The position numbers were made by a program, and so were the translations under genes. A DNA stretch of 64,000 bases from a virus, in IMG/VR virus record IMGVR_UViG_3300045988_154953; one strand, written 5' to 3'. Below are positions 37,028-47,096 of the stretch, piece after piece. The notes under the pieces are model-generated. The model saw only the letters and a list, made by a program, of their open reading frames with translations. It did not search any database and had not been told where the DNA came from. The stretch's first letter is position 1. Every line of letters begins with the position of its first letter.

Positions 37028-38128
37028 GTGGAAAAGGCATATAAATATAGAATATATCCAAATAAAAAGCAAAAAGAACTTATTCATAAAACTTTTGGAT
37101 GTACTAGATTCGTATATAATACATATCTTGCAAAAAGAATTGAGAAATATGAAAAAGATAAAATCACATTTACTTATATACAATGTGCAAATGATATGAA
37201 AAATCTTAAAACTGAATTAGGATGACTTAAAGAAGTTGATTCTACTGCTCTTCAATCATCCCTTAAAGATTTAGATGTTGCTTATCAAAAATTTTTTAAA
37301 GAGCATGCTGGTTATCCAAAGTTTAAATCAAAGAAAACACATAAATATTCTTACAAGTCAAAATGTACTAATGAAAATATCCAGTATTGTGACAAGCATA
37401 TAAAATTACCTAAGCTTGGAATGGTAAAAACAAGAAACAAATTAATACCACAAGGAAGAATACTTAATGCAACTGTGTCACAAGAATCTAGTGGTAAATA
37501 TTATGTATCACTCTGCTGTACTGATGTAGATATAAAACCATTGGAAAAGACTGGAAATTCAATTGGAATTGATTTAGGAATTAAAGAATTTTGTATTACA
37601 TCAGATGGTGAAATGATAGAAAATCCAAAATATCTCAAGAAGTCTTTAGACAAACTTGCAAAGTTACAAAGAGAGTTGTCTCGAAAATCAAAAGGTGGTT
37701 CAAATTGTAATAAAGCAAGAATTAAGGTTGCAAGACAACACGAGAAAATTACAAATCAGAGAAAAGATTTTTTGCAGAAATTATCTACTAAAATTATTAA
37801 ATACAACGACATTATTTGTATTGAAGATTTACAAGTTAAAAACATGATTAAAAATCATAAACTTGCAAGAAGTATTGCAGATGTATCATGGTCTGAGTTC
37901 GTTAGACAGTTAGAGTACAAAGCTAATTGGTATGGTAAACAGATTGTAAAAGTAGATAAGTTCTTTGCAAGCTCACAGACTTGCAGTGTTTGTGGGTATG
38001 TTAATAAAGAAACAAAGAATCTTGGTATTCGTGAATGGGATTGCCCGCAATGCGGGACACATCATGATCGAGATATAAATGCTGCTATAAATATCTTAAA
38101 TGAAGGATTAAGAGTTTTGGCAGCATAA
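37028..38128 (+). pseudogene. tnpB: tnpB with a single in-frame TGA
   Basis: VEKAYKYRIYPNKKQ start; [42 protein letters not shown] 37223-37225 sits where homologs have Trp (ELG*LKEVDS); ORFs 36914..37225 and 37421..38128 share one frame. Confidence 0.7.
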
Positions 38129-38230
38129 TCATTTAAGAACGGTTGGAACAGGCGGGATAGCTTGGTAGATATTCTTGCAATGGTAAGAAGTTCCCAAGAA
38201 TCATGCCACTTTAGTGGTGTGAGGTTCAAA

Positions 38231-38383
38231 GTATGGTCATGTAAAACATTACAGAACAATAAGGCGCTGCTTAGTACAACGGTGACTGATGGTATGTATT
38301 ATGAGCTGACTTATAACGGAGATAAAAAAGAATTGTATTTCGATGCATATAAAAAATGGGAAAACATTAAGTATAGTTTGTAG
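38231..38383 (+). pseudogene. 3' part of the IS-split gene
   Basis: VWSCKTLQNNKALLSTTVTDGMYYELTYNGDKKELYFDAYKK aligns with the C-terminus of 57303..57608. Confidence 0.65.
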
Positions 38384-38394
38384 GAGGAACAAAA

Positions 38395-40368
38395 TTGAGT
38401 AAATTAGATGAAATAAAAACACTTATTGCAAAATTAAACGAAGCCGCTTACTATTACTATCAAAAAGATGACCCAATTATAAGTGATAAACGGTATGATG
38501 AGTGGTATGATCAACTTGTGCAGCTTGAAAAAGAAACAGGAATTATATTAGCCAGTTCACCAACTCAAACTGTGCAGGGTTTCTTATTGAAGGATTTGAA
38601 AAAAGTTAAGCATATGCGACCTATGCTTTCTGCAAACAAGTCTAAAGATGTAAATGATATTAAAAAGTTCCTTAGTAATAAAAGGGGAATTGTTAGTTGG
38701 AAGATGGATGGTCTGACAATTGTATTAACGTATAAAGCAGGAAAGTTTATACAGGCTGTTACCAGAGGTACTGGAGAGATTGGTGAGGATGTAACCCATA
38801 CAATGAGAATGTGCGAAAATATTCCTTTGACTATCCCATATCCAATTGATATGACTGTACGTGGTGAATGTGTTATCTCATGGAACGAGTTTACAAGAAT
38901 AAATGATAAACTTATTGATAAATATAAACATCCTCGCAATTTAGCTGCAGGTACTGTTAGACAGCTCGATTCTAACATTGTTAAAGATAGAAAGATTATA
39001 TTTAAAGCTTTCGAGCTTGTGCAGGATGATAATTATAATCATCCAAAAGTCGCTGAGAAAATATATGATATTGGTGAATCATTTAATTTCTTATCTGAAT
39101 GTGGCTTTGATGTAGTTGAACACAATATTGTCACAAGAGATACTGTAGACACAATGATCGAAAAGTTTGACCCAGATCAATATGCATATCCTGTGGATGG
39201 ATTGATTTTTACATATGATGACTACGTATACGGAAAGCAACTTGGAACAACCTCTAAGTTTCCTCTGAATATGATAGCTCTTAAGTGGGAAGACGAGTTG
39301 TACGAAACTGTTTTAAGAGATATTGAATGGAATACAACTCGTACAGGTGTTATTAATCCTGTAGCCATATTTGATGAGATTGACTTGGATGGTGCTTTAA
39401 CAACTAGAGCAACGCTTCATAATGTATCTATCATTGAGTCGTTAAAATTAGGGATTGGTGATATTATTCAAGTGTACCGTTCAAATAAGGTTATCCCTAA
39501 AGTACATGACAACTTAACCAGAAGTAATACATATATTATTCCAAGCAGATGTCCTTGTTGTGGCGGTCACGCAATTGTAAAGAATGAAAATAATTCTAAG
39601 ATTTTATATTGTATAAATCCAGATTGTTCAGCAAAATTTACTTCTAAACTCGAAAATTTTGTAAGCAGAAATGGAATGAATATTGTTGGATTAAGCGGAC
39701 AAACGATTGAACAAATAGTTAATAAGGGATACGTGAATACATTTACAGATATTTATCACTTGTTAGAATATAAAAAAGAATTATCTACAATTCCTAAGAT
39801 GGGTGCTAAGTCAGTATCAAAATTATTAAATGCAATTGAAGATAGCAGAAAAACAGATTTAACTCATTTGATTACAGCTTTATCTATACCACTTATTGGA
39901 AAATCAACAGCGAAAGATATTGCAAAATATTGTCATGATGATGTTGATAAATTTGTATTTATTATGAATAACACATCTCTTGAATTAGCTGCAATTGATG
40001 GGGTTGGTGTGGCCGCTACAAAATCATTAGATGATTGGTGGAGTGAAAACGCAGATTTATTTTATGAATTATTGAAAGAATTAGATGTTGAGAAACCAGA
40101 AGATGCTTCTTTATCGACATCGGATGGAATTGATTTAACAGGTAAGACATTTGTTATTACTGGATCTCTAAATCATTTTATTAATAGAGATGCTTTAAAA
40201 GATAAGTTAGAAAACATGGGTGCGAAAGTTTCTGGTTCTGTAAGTAAAAATACATTTGCACTTATTTGTAATGACAAGGATAGTAATAGCGGCAAATCTA
40301 AGAAAGCAAAAGACATTGGAGTAAATGTTTGGAGCGAAGAAGATTTATTGATATTTATTGGAGAATAG
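38395..40368 (+). CDS. ligA: NAD-dependent DNA ligase
   Basis: 657 aa; adenylation motif WKMDGLTIV (KxDG), C4 Zn finger CPCCG...CINPDC, HhH region, C-terminal BRCT (GKTFVITGSL); TTG start behind TAGGAGGA. Confidence 0.9.
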   Translation: MSKLDEIKTLIAKLNEAAYYYYQKDDPIISDKRYDEWYDQLVQLEKETGIILASSPTQTVQGFLLKDLKKVKHMRPMLSANKSKDVNDIKKFLSNKRGIVSWKMDGLTIVLTYKAGKFIQAVTRGTGEIGEDVTHTMRMCENIPLTIPYPIDMTVRGECVISWNEFTRINDKLIDKYKHPRNLAAGTVRQLDSNIVKDRKIIFKAFELVQDDNYNHPKVAEKIYDIGESFNFLSECGFDVVEHNIVTRDTVDTMIEKFDPDQYAYPVDGLIFTYDDYVYGKQLGTTSKFPLNMIALKWEDELYETVLRDIEWNTTRTGVINPVAIFDEIDLDGALTTRATLHNVSIIESLKLGIGDIIQVYRSNKVIPKVHDNLTRSNTYIIPSRCPCCGGHAIVKNENNSKILYCINPDCSAKFTSKLENFVSRNGMNIVGLSGQTIEQIVNKGYVNTFTDIYHLLEYKKELSTIPKMGAKSVSKLLNAIEDSRKTDLTHLITALSIPLIGKSTAKDIAKYCHDDVDKFVFIMNNTSLELAAIDGVGVAATKSLDDWWSENADLFYELLKELDVEKPEDASLSTSDGIDLTGKTFVITGSLNHFINRDALKDKLENMGAKVSGSVSKNTFALICNDKDSNSGKSKKAKDIGVNVWSEEDLLIFIGE

Positions 40369-40373
40369 GTGGA

Positions 40374-40967
40374 ATGACGGAAGAAACAATATTAGAATAT
40401 AAAATTAGTGATCATGCTCAGAAAAGATATGCTGAACGTATCATTGGAAAAGATAATCAGGTTGAAATAAATCGTTTTGTAACTGAAAATAAAGACAAAA
40501 TTAAAACTGATATTAATAAAATGATTCAGTATGGAGAAATGATTTACGCCGGTATTCAATCTCAGAAAGATAACAAAGGAAAAGTAATAAATGTTTTCCT
40601 AAAGGATTGTTGGGTTGTTTTAGTGAATATACAAACACATATTGTTGTGACACTTTACAAGATTGATCTTGGATGTGGAGATGAATTCAATCAGATATAT
40701 GTTTCGAAAATGTTAAACAAGTTGAATGAGAAAAAGAAATTATTAGCGGAAACAAAATTTAATGTCGCTAAAGAATCTGAAGAATATAAAAATTTAATTT
40801 CTGATGCACAATCCCAAATCAACGAATATAAGAGTATGGTTAAAAATCTCGAATCAATGTGTATTGGATATCAAACTATCATTGATAATAACACTGTTAA
40901 AATAAAACAGGCAGATAGAGAAGTTGCTGACATTGTAAATACACTTATTAACAAAAAAGAATTTTAA
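40374..40967 (+). CDS. hypothetical coiled-coil protein
   Basis: ORF 40329..40967; ATG 40374 follows TAGGTGGA. Confidence 0.55.
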   Translation: MTEETILEYKISDHAQKRYAERIIGKDNQVEINRFVTENKDKIKTDINKMIQYGEMIYAGIQSQKDNKGKVINVFLKDCWVVLVNIQTHIVVTLYKIDLGCGDEFNQIYVSKMLNKLNEKKKLLAETKFNVAKESEEYKNLISDAQSQINEYKSMVKNLESMCIGYQTIIDNNTVKIKQADREVADIVNTLINKKEF

Positions 40968-40983
40968 ACTAGTCAATTTAATT
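40966..40983 (+). repeat. 18-nt boundary motif copy R8
   Basis: AAACTAGTCAATTTAATT; overlaps the upstream TAA; TTGACA at 40991 follows. Confidence 0.75.
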
Positions 40984-41020
40984 ATTAATATTGACAGATA
41001 TATATAATTGTGATATCTTT

Positions 41021-41038
41021 AAACTATTCAATATAATT
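41021..41038 (+). repeat. 18-nt boundary motif copy R9 (degenerate)
   Basis: AAACTATTCAATATAATT. Confidence 0.6.
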
Positions 41039-41064
41039 TTACTTTTTTGAAAGGAGAATAAAGC

Positions 41065-41454
41065 ATGAGTAAATTATTCAAATGTAGTATTTGCGGTAGA
41101 GAATATGATAATGTTAATGATTTTCTTAAATGCGTTACAAATTGTGCTGCGGATGTAAAGAGAAAAGAAAAAGAAGAAAGCGAACAAAGATTGGCGGAAA
41201 TCAATGCAGCTATCAATGGTGTTAAGCAAGCGAAGGCGTATTATGATCAGAAATTGAAAGAATTTAAAGAAAAGTATCCAAAAGAATATGAATTGAATTT
41301 TAGAAATGACTCTGGTTGTTTTTGTAATTGTTGTGATGATATTGCAAAAACTGTTCCAAAAAGTAAAAAAGACACAAATAATTCAAGTATAAAAACAACA
41401 TATGATTTTCAGGATACTGTAAATGAGATGTTAAATCTACTTAAATTACAATAG
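41065..41454 (+). CDS. hypothetical protein with N-terminal zinc ribbon
   Basis: CSICGREY...CVTNC; AAAGGAGA RBS. Confidence 0.6.
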   Translation: MSKLFKCSICGREYDNVNDFLKCVTNCAADVKRKEKEESEQRLAEINAAINGVKQAKAYYDQKLKEFKEKYPKEYELNFRNDSGCFCNCCDDIAKTVPKSKKDTNNSSIKTTYDFQDTVNEMLNLLKLQ

Positions 41455-41463
41455 GTGAGTTGT

Positions 41464-42222
41464 ATGAAGTATAAAGTTGGAGATAGAGTTAAGATTAGAG
41501 AAGATTTGATAGTTGGTAAGAAGTATGGAGGTAAAATTCTAACAGAAGTTTTTGCAAGATATCGTGGTAGAATTAGCATAATTGATTTTTGTTATACTAA
41601 TTCTAATACTTATGAAATCAAGGATAGTCTTTTAAGTTTTCCAGAAGAAATGATTGAAGGATTTGCAGAAAATAAAACAAAGGAGAATGTTGAAATGCAT
41701 TATAGTAATATCAAAGGAGAAACTGAGAAATTTCATAAATTAGAAGAATGTGTCTCACTATTTGTAAAAATTAAAGATTATGTGATTATTGTACCAAATA
41801 AAGTTGTTGAAGTATTATTCGAAGATAGTAAAACTGAGAAAATGGTATGCCAGGAAAAGGATGATTTTGATATCAGAAGATGCTTATTCATTGCATTAGC
41901 AAAACATATGTACAAACAAGAATATACATTCGAAGGAATTGAGTATAAAGCAAATGAAATGATGTATATGAAAAAATATGTTAAGATGGTAGACAATGTA
42001 ATCAAAAAACATATCAAAGGTGAATTGGTTGTACAGAAGAAGAAACAACAAGAGCAGGAAGAAAAGGAGCGTATTGCTAGAAGACGAGCTAAAAGATATG
42101 CTTATAAAGAACGTCGTAAACAGAAAGAAGAAGCTCGTCAGATTGAAATGCAGAAAGAAGCTTATCTTAAAGCAATGAAAGAGTATGACTTAGAGAAAGC
42201 TGAAAAGAAAAAGAGTAAATAA
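41464..42222 (+). CDS. hypothetical protein with Lys/Glu-rich tail
   Basis: ORF 41455..42222; ATG 41464 follows AGGTGAG. Confidence 0.6.
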   Translation: MKYKVGDRVKIREDLIVGKKYGGKILTEVFARYRGRISIIDFCYTNSNTYEIKDSLLSFPEEMIEGFAENKTKENVEMHYSNIKGETEKFHKLEECVSLFVKIKDYVIIVPNKVVEVLFEDSKTEKMVCQEKDDFDIRRCLFIALAKHMYKQEYTFEGIEYKANEMMYMKKYVKMVDNVIKKHIKGELVVQKKKQQEQEEKERIARRRAKRYAYKERRKQKEEARQIEMQKEAYLKAMKEYDLEKAEKKKSK

Positions 42223-42227
42223 CGCAG

Positions 42228-42245
42228 AAACTAATCAATTTAATT
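42228..42245 (+). repeat. 18-nt boundary motif copy R10
   Basis: AAACTAATCAATTTAATT; lies directly before the RBS of the ATPase gene. Confidence 0.8.
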
Positions 42246-42266
42246 TTACAGTTTGAGGAAATATAA

Positions 42267-44867
42267 ATGAATGGATTAAACAAAAATGAGGTTCTTGAAA
42301 GTAGAAGAACTTATGGAAGTAATAAGCTTCCAGAACCTAAAATGAAGAAATGGTATGATTTTGCTATACAAGCATTAACAGAAAAAATTACATTAATTTT
42401 AATCGCAATTGCAGTTTTACAGTTAGTTCTTGGAATAATTGGAGTTTCGGAAATTTCAACTCCAATTATGATTATTATCGTACTTGCAATCGTAACAATA
42501 CTTGGTATAAAAACAAATCTTGGAGTACAAAGATCAGCTGCCGAATTACGAGCGAGAACAGCAACCAGATATTGTGATGTAATTCGTAATGGAGAACTTC
42601 AAACAATAAATAAAGATGAACTAGTAGTTGGTGATCTTGTATGTGTGAGAATGGGACAAGAAATATTTGCAGATGGTTATTTGATTGAAGGTAAAATTTC
42701 AGTAAATAACGCTGCTATTAATGGTGAAACAAAAGAATGTAAGAAAACACCAATTGAAGGATACAAACATATAAAAACAACATCTACAGATGCTTATACA
42801 AATCAAAACTGTTTATTCGCAGGAACTACAGTTATGGCCGGTGAAGGTAAAATGATTGTTACAGATGTTGGTGTTAATACTATAAATGGTGATACACTTG
42901 TTAAAATGCAGACTCTTGAAGCACCTAAAACAGCTCTTGATATTGCACTTGATAATTTATGTGATTTTATCTCAAAATGGGGTACAATTGCAGCATTTGT
43001 AGCATTTGTTATTCTCATGATAACTAGTGTCATGCAAGTTGGTTTTGTGGAATATTTTAGTGGTGATATTCTTGATATTATTCATAAAATTGCATTGAAT
43101 TTTTCTGTAGCAGTAACAATTATTGTAGCTGCTGTACCAGAGGGTCTTCCAATGATTGTCAAGCTTGTTACAAAACAGAATGTTAATACAATGGAAAAAT
43201 TTAATATTCTTGCAAAAAATCCTGGAAAGATTCCAGAACTTGCTTATGTTGATATCATTTGCACAGATAAAACTGGTACATTAACAACAGGAATTATGAC
43301 ACCAAAGAAAATCATTGATGGATATGGAAATGAAGTTGATCAGAAATCAATTCTTTGGAGTAATATTAAAGATAATATTTGTTTAAATAATAGTGCTGCG
43401 TTTGATTCAGATGATAATATTACAGGCGGGAATTCAATTGACAGAGCACTTCTTGGACTGGTTTCTTCGGAACAATATAATGAAATCATTAACAGATATT
43501 CTGTTAAATTAAAACAGGTATTTAGTAGTGAAAATAAGTATTCTGCATTTACATGTTCTGATGGAGTTACATATTATAAAGGTGCTCCAGAAAAACTTAT
43601 TGACTCATGTACATCAGTTTTAAATTCTGGAGTAGAAATATTTTCTGATAACAACAAAAAGAAATTATATGAACATATTAAGGAAATGACAGAAAAGTCA
43701 ATGAGATGTATTGCTTTAACAATGAGTAATGAAGATTTGGTTGAAAATCAGCTTCCAAATAATATGACGTTTCTTGGTGTTATTGGAGTAGTAGATCCTG
43801 TAAGAGATGAAGTACCTGATGCTGTTAAAACAGCTCATGAAGCGGGTATACAGGTAATTGAAATTACAGGTGATTGTCTTGAAACAGCGAAAGCAGTTGC
43901 TGCGGAATGTGGAATTTACAAAAACGGTGATCTTGCCATTACAAATGATGAGTTTGAAAAAATGTCTGATGATGAAGTTAAATTAATCATTCCTAGATTG
44001 AGAGTTATTTCAAGATGTTCACCAAATACAAAATTAAGACTTGTAACTATTGCTCAAGAAGTAGGAAAATCAGTTGCCATGACAGGTGATGGAGTTAATG
44101 ATTCACCAGCATTAAAGAAAGCAGACGTTGGTTTTGGAATGCAAAGCGGATCTGATGTAGCAAAAGAAGCATCAGACATTATATTGACAGATGATAATTT
44201 TGCAAGTGTTGTAAAAGCAGTCGAACTTGGCAGAACATTCATGCACAATATTATGATGTTCCTTGAGTTTCAGCTCCCTATTAATATTTCACTTTTAATT
44301 TTGAGCGTAATTTATCCTATCATTGCGACAGGTGCATTACTTGCTTCTGTTCAAATTCTGATAATTAATATTATCATGGATTCTTTGAATTCATTATCAT
44401 TTGGTGGTGAGCCACCGAAAGAAGAATATATGCTAGAGAAACCTATTAAAAAAGGATCTGGACTTTTTATTAGAGGAGCAAAGAAACGAATTGCTGTTAG
44501 TACGATCACGTTTATTGTTTTATATGCGATTATTACATTTACTCCAATTAAGAATATGTTTTCGTCAGAAACAGAAGCTATGACCGCAAGATTTGCATTA
44601 CTTTGTTTTATGGCTGTGTTCAATGGGTTTAATATCCGTACAGAACATATGAATTTATTTAAAGGAATCGGAAAGAATAAGTTGTTTTTATATATTGCAA
44701 TTGGAATTTTTGTAATGACGATTGTTTTATGTAATGTTGTAGGATCATTCATTAAAGTGACTCAGTTGGATTCAATACATTGGTTAACAATTATTGCATT
44801 ATCATTTATTGTTATTCCAGTTGATCTTATCAGAAAGGTAATCGACCGTAAAACTAAGGAGGCATAA
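42267..44867 (+). CDS. P-type cation-transporting ATPase (type II, Ca2+-ATPase-like)
   Basis: ICTDKTGTLTTG phosphorylation site, ITGD, MTGDGVNDSPALKKADVG hinge, N- and C-terminal TM bundles. Confidence 0.85.
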   Translation: MNGLNKNEVLESRRTYGSNKLPEPKMKKWYDFAIQALTEKITLILIAIAVLQLVLGIIGVSEISTPIMIIIVLAIVTILGIKTNLGVQRSAAELRARTATRYCDVIRNGELQTINKDELVVGDLVCVRMGQEIFADGYLIEGKISVNNAAINGETKECKKTPIEGYKHIKTTSTDAYTNQNCLFAGTTVMAGEGKMIVTDVGVNTINGDTLVKMQTLEAPKTALDIALDNLCDFISKWGTIAAFVAFVILMITSVMQVGFVEYFSGDILDIIHKIALNFSVAVTIIVAAVPEGLPMIVKLVTKQNVNTMEKFNILAKNPGKIPELAYVDIICTDKTGTLTTGIMTPKKIIDGYGNEVDQKSILWSNIKDNICLNNSAAFDSDDNITGGNSIDRALLGLVSSEQYNEIINRYSVKLKQVFSSENKYSAFTCSDGVTYYKGAPEKLIDSCTSVLNSGVEIFSDNNKKKLYEHIKEMTEKSMRCIALTMSNEDLVENQLPNNMTFLGVIGVVDPVRDEVPDAVKTAHEAGIQVIEITGDCLETAKAVAAECGIYKNGDLAITNDEFEKMSDDEVKLIIPRLRVISRCSPNTKLRLVTIAQEVGKSVAMTGDGVNDSPALKKADVGFGMQSGSDVAKEASDIILTDDNFASVVKAVELGRTFMHNIMMFLEFQLPINISLLILSVIYPIIATGALLASVQILIINIIMDSLNSLSFGGEPPKEEYMLEKPIKKGSGLFIRGAKKRIAVSTITFIVLYAIITFTPIKNMFSSETEAMTARFALLCFMAVFNGFNIRTEHMNLFKGIGKNKLFLYIAIGIFVMTIVLCNVVGSFIKVTQLDSIHWLTIIALSFIVIPVDLIRKVIDRKTKEA

Positions 44868-44868
44868 A

Positions 44869-45645
44869 ATGGGATTATTTGGTAAATTATTCAAAGGGAA
44901 CAAAGTTGATACGAAAGAAAATGAAGCTATACTAAAAAATAGCACAGTTAGTCAAAACGTGATTGACATGTCTAAGTCATCAGAAAACTTAAATAAAGTT
45001 CTGATCAATATGTCTAAAACCGGAAAAATTGATATGACAAAACATGTTGCACGAGTTGCACTTGCTATGGATTATTCTGGCAGTATGTATAATTTGTATG
45101 ACAATGGATCTGTACAGAATGTTATCACAAGACTTCTTCCTATCGCATTGAAATTCGATGATAATGGTGAACTTGAAGCTTGGTTGTTTTCTAATGGTAA
45201 AGAAAGACTTGCTGCAGTAACAACTGAAAATTATAAAAACTATGTAAAAAAAGTAATGATGAAGTCAGGAATGAGAATGGGCGGTACAAATTATGCGCCT
45301 GTATTGGAAGATATGGTGATGTATTATAAAGATATTGAACCAAGCACTGTTCCAGCATTTATCATTTTTATTACAGACGGAGAAAATTTCGACACCGATG
45401 AAACGAATAGAATTATAAAAGAGTTATCAAACTATAATATTTTTATTCAATTTATTGGTATTGGTAATGAAGATTTTAAATACCTTAAATCCTTAGATAA
45501 CATGAAAGGTAGAAAACATGATAATACAGGGTTTACAGCTGTAGAGGATATGAACAAAATGACAGACGAAGAGTTGTACACAGAAATACTTAGACAGTAT
45601 AGTGCTTGGTATGAACGTAGTAAAGGAGTAAATAAATATGAGTAA
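44869..45645 (+). CDS. vWA domain protein of the TerF-C-terminal/TerY type
   Basis: MIDAS LAMDYSGSM, FITDGE; directly upstream of the TerD gene. Confidence 0.6.
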   Translation: MGLFGKLFKGNKVDTKENEAILKNSTVSQNVIDMSKSSENLNKVLINMSKTGKIDMTKHVARVALAMDYSGSMYNLYDNGSVQNVITRLLPIALKFDDNGELEAWLFSNGKERLAAVTTENYKNYVKKVMMKSGMRMGGTNYAPVLEDMVMYYKDIEPSTVPAFIIFITDGENFDTDETNRIIKELSNYNIFIQFIGIGNEDFKYLKSLDNMKGRKHDNTGFTAVEDMNKMTDEELYTEILRQYSAWYERSKGVNKYE

Positions 45646-46276
45646 TGTAATTAATATGAGTAAGAATCAGAAAATTAATATGACTAAAGATAATGGTGAG
45701 GCAATTAAGAATTTCTTCATTGGTGTAAATTGGGATCAAAATAGATATGCTGGAGAAGCAGATATTGATTTTGATATCAATGGTTTCTTAACAAATTCTG
45801 ACAGAAAAGTAATATACCCAAAAGATATTGTTAATTATAATACATATAATAGCAACGATTATCCATGGGTTGAATATTCCGGTGATAATTTAACAGGTGA
45901 TAATTCTATAGGTATTACATTTGATGGAAAGCATTATGATGAGTATTTTATTGTACACGCTGATTTATTTCCAAATGATAGAACAGATTTTACTATTTGC
46001 TTAACAATTTATAGAGCGGTTCAAAGATTGCAGAATTTTGGTATGATAAGCAATGCTTCAATGATGATTTGTGATTATGATGATCCAAGTGATAAAAAAT
46101 GGGAGTTTAACCTTTCTGAAGATGAAAAATTTGAAAATTTAAATGCTGTAGAAATAGGAAGACTTTATCGTTACGGTAACGGATTTAAATTTCAAGCACT
46201 TGGATCAGGATATGTCGGTGGAATGACAGAGCTGTTCAAAAACTTTGGATTAGATATTGATGAAGGTAGGGATTGA
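45638..46276 (+). CDS. terD: TerD-family (Ca-binding stress) protein
   Basis: INMSKNQKINMTKD...FIGVNWD...ADIDFDINGFL follows the TerD beta-sandwich pattern; overlaps the upstream gene by 8 nt. Confidence 0.6.
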   Translation: MSNVINMSKNQKINMTKDNGEAIKNFFIGVNWDQNRYAGEADIDFDINGFLTNSDRKVIYPKDIVNYNTYNSNDYPWVEYSGDNLTGDNSIGITFDGKHYDEYFIVHADLFPNDRTDFTICLTIYRAVQRLQNFGMISNASMMICDYDDPSDKKWEFNLSEDEKFENLNAVEIGRLYRYGNGFKFQALGSGYVGGMTELFKNFGLDIDEGRD

Positions 46277-46279
46277 TAG

Positions 46280-47011
46280 GTGGCTGCAATTATAATTGTT
46301 ATTACCATTATTATAGTTGGTGTATTATTTTTCACAAAGACAGGCAAAAGATTGAGACTTAGAGCGTCAGGCACAGCAGAAGAAATGATAACAAAAGATG
46401 CTGCAACACCAAATGGAGCTAAAGCACACTATAATGCCGTTATTTCAAAAAAAGAAGAAGAATATCAGAACGTAAACAAATTTTATACTGAAACGCTTGG
46501 AAACATTAAATTCTATGAAACACAATTGCGTTCATTGCAAAAAGAAAATATGCAGTTAAACCTTAATATTAATAATTGTGTTGAGAAAAACGATGATAAT
46601 GGTGCTAAAGTATATTTAGGTCGTCAACAAGAAGTAAATGATAAGATTGATATTATCAAAAATACTTTAGTTGAATTACGAAGAAATTCTGAGCTTCAAA
46701 AGGAAAATTTAGATACATTATATGAAAATATTAATAATTTAAAGTCCGAAAAGGAAACTTCAGTTTTGACTCTTGAAGCAGCTGAGATAACAAAATCATT
46801 AAAATCCGCTCCTGGTGTTTATTCGCAAGAAGAAGATAAAATGCTTGAAAAAGTACGCGATGGAGTAAAGAAAGCTAAGAAAGAAGCAGATGGCGTTAGT
46901 ATCGCTTATGAAAATTCAATGGATGTTCAACAGAAACGTCTTGATAAGAAAATGAAAGATGACGAAGTTAATAGAAAGCTTAAACAACTAAAAGATGCTA
47001 AGAAAAAATAA
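46280..47011 (+). CDS. membrane-anchored PspA/IM30-like coiled-coil protein
   Basis: N-terminal TM helix, then long heptad-rich region with a VEKNDDNGAKVYLGRQQE segment like PspA 'AL..G.EDLAR.AL'; GTG start. Confidence 0.45.
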   Translation: MAAIIIVITIIIVGVLFFTKTGKRLRLRASGTAEEMITKDAATPNGAKAHYNAVISKKEEEYQNVNKFYTETLGNIKFYETQLRSLQKENMQLNLNINNCVEKNDDNGAKVYLGRQQEVNDKIDIIKNTLVELRRNSELQKENLDTLYENINNLKSEKETSVLTLEAAEITKSLKSAPGVYSQEEDKMLEKVRDGVKKAKKEADGVSIAYENSMDVQQKRLDKKMKDDEVNRKLKQLKDAKKK

Positions 47012-47027
47012 ACTAATCAATTTAACA
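47010..47027 (+). repeat. 18-nt boundary motif copy R11
   Basis: AAACTAATCAATTTAACA; overlaps the upstream TAA. Confidence 0.75.
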
Positions 47028-47034
47028 AAAAATA

Positions 47035-47066
47035 TTGACAGAAAATAATATATATGATATTATAAT
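47035..47066 (+). promoter_or_regulatory. strong sigmaA-type promoter of the RNA array
   Basis: TTGACA (47035-47040), 17 nt, TATTAT (47058-47063); an overlapping TATAAT at 47061-47066. Confidence 0.65.
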
Positions 47067-47096
47067 CATGTCAGCAAGGATAGTTTTTGTAAAATT

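Larger units (their letters stand above)
36844..38230 (+). mobile_element. IS200/IS605-family insertion sequence (decayed tnpA + tnpB)
   Basis: left-end hairpin CTCGCCACTTTAGTGGTGAG; right-end structured tail with CATGCCACTTTAGTGGTGTGAGG. Removing 36844-38230 restores the reading frame D-V-F-I-V-W-S-C. Confidence 0.75.
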
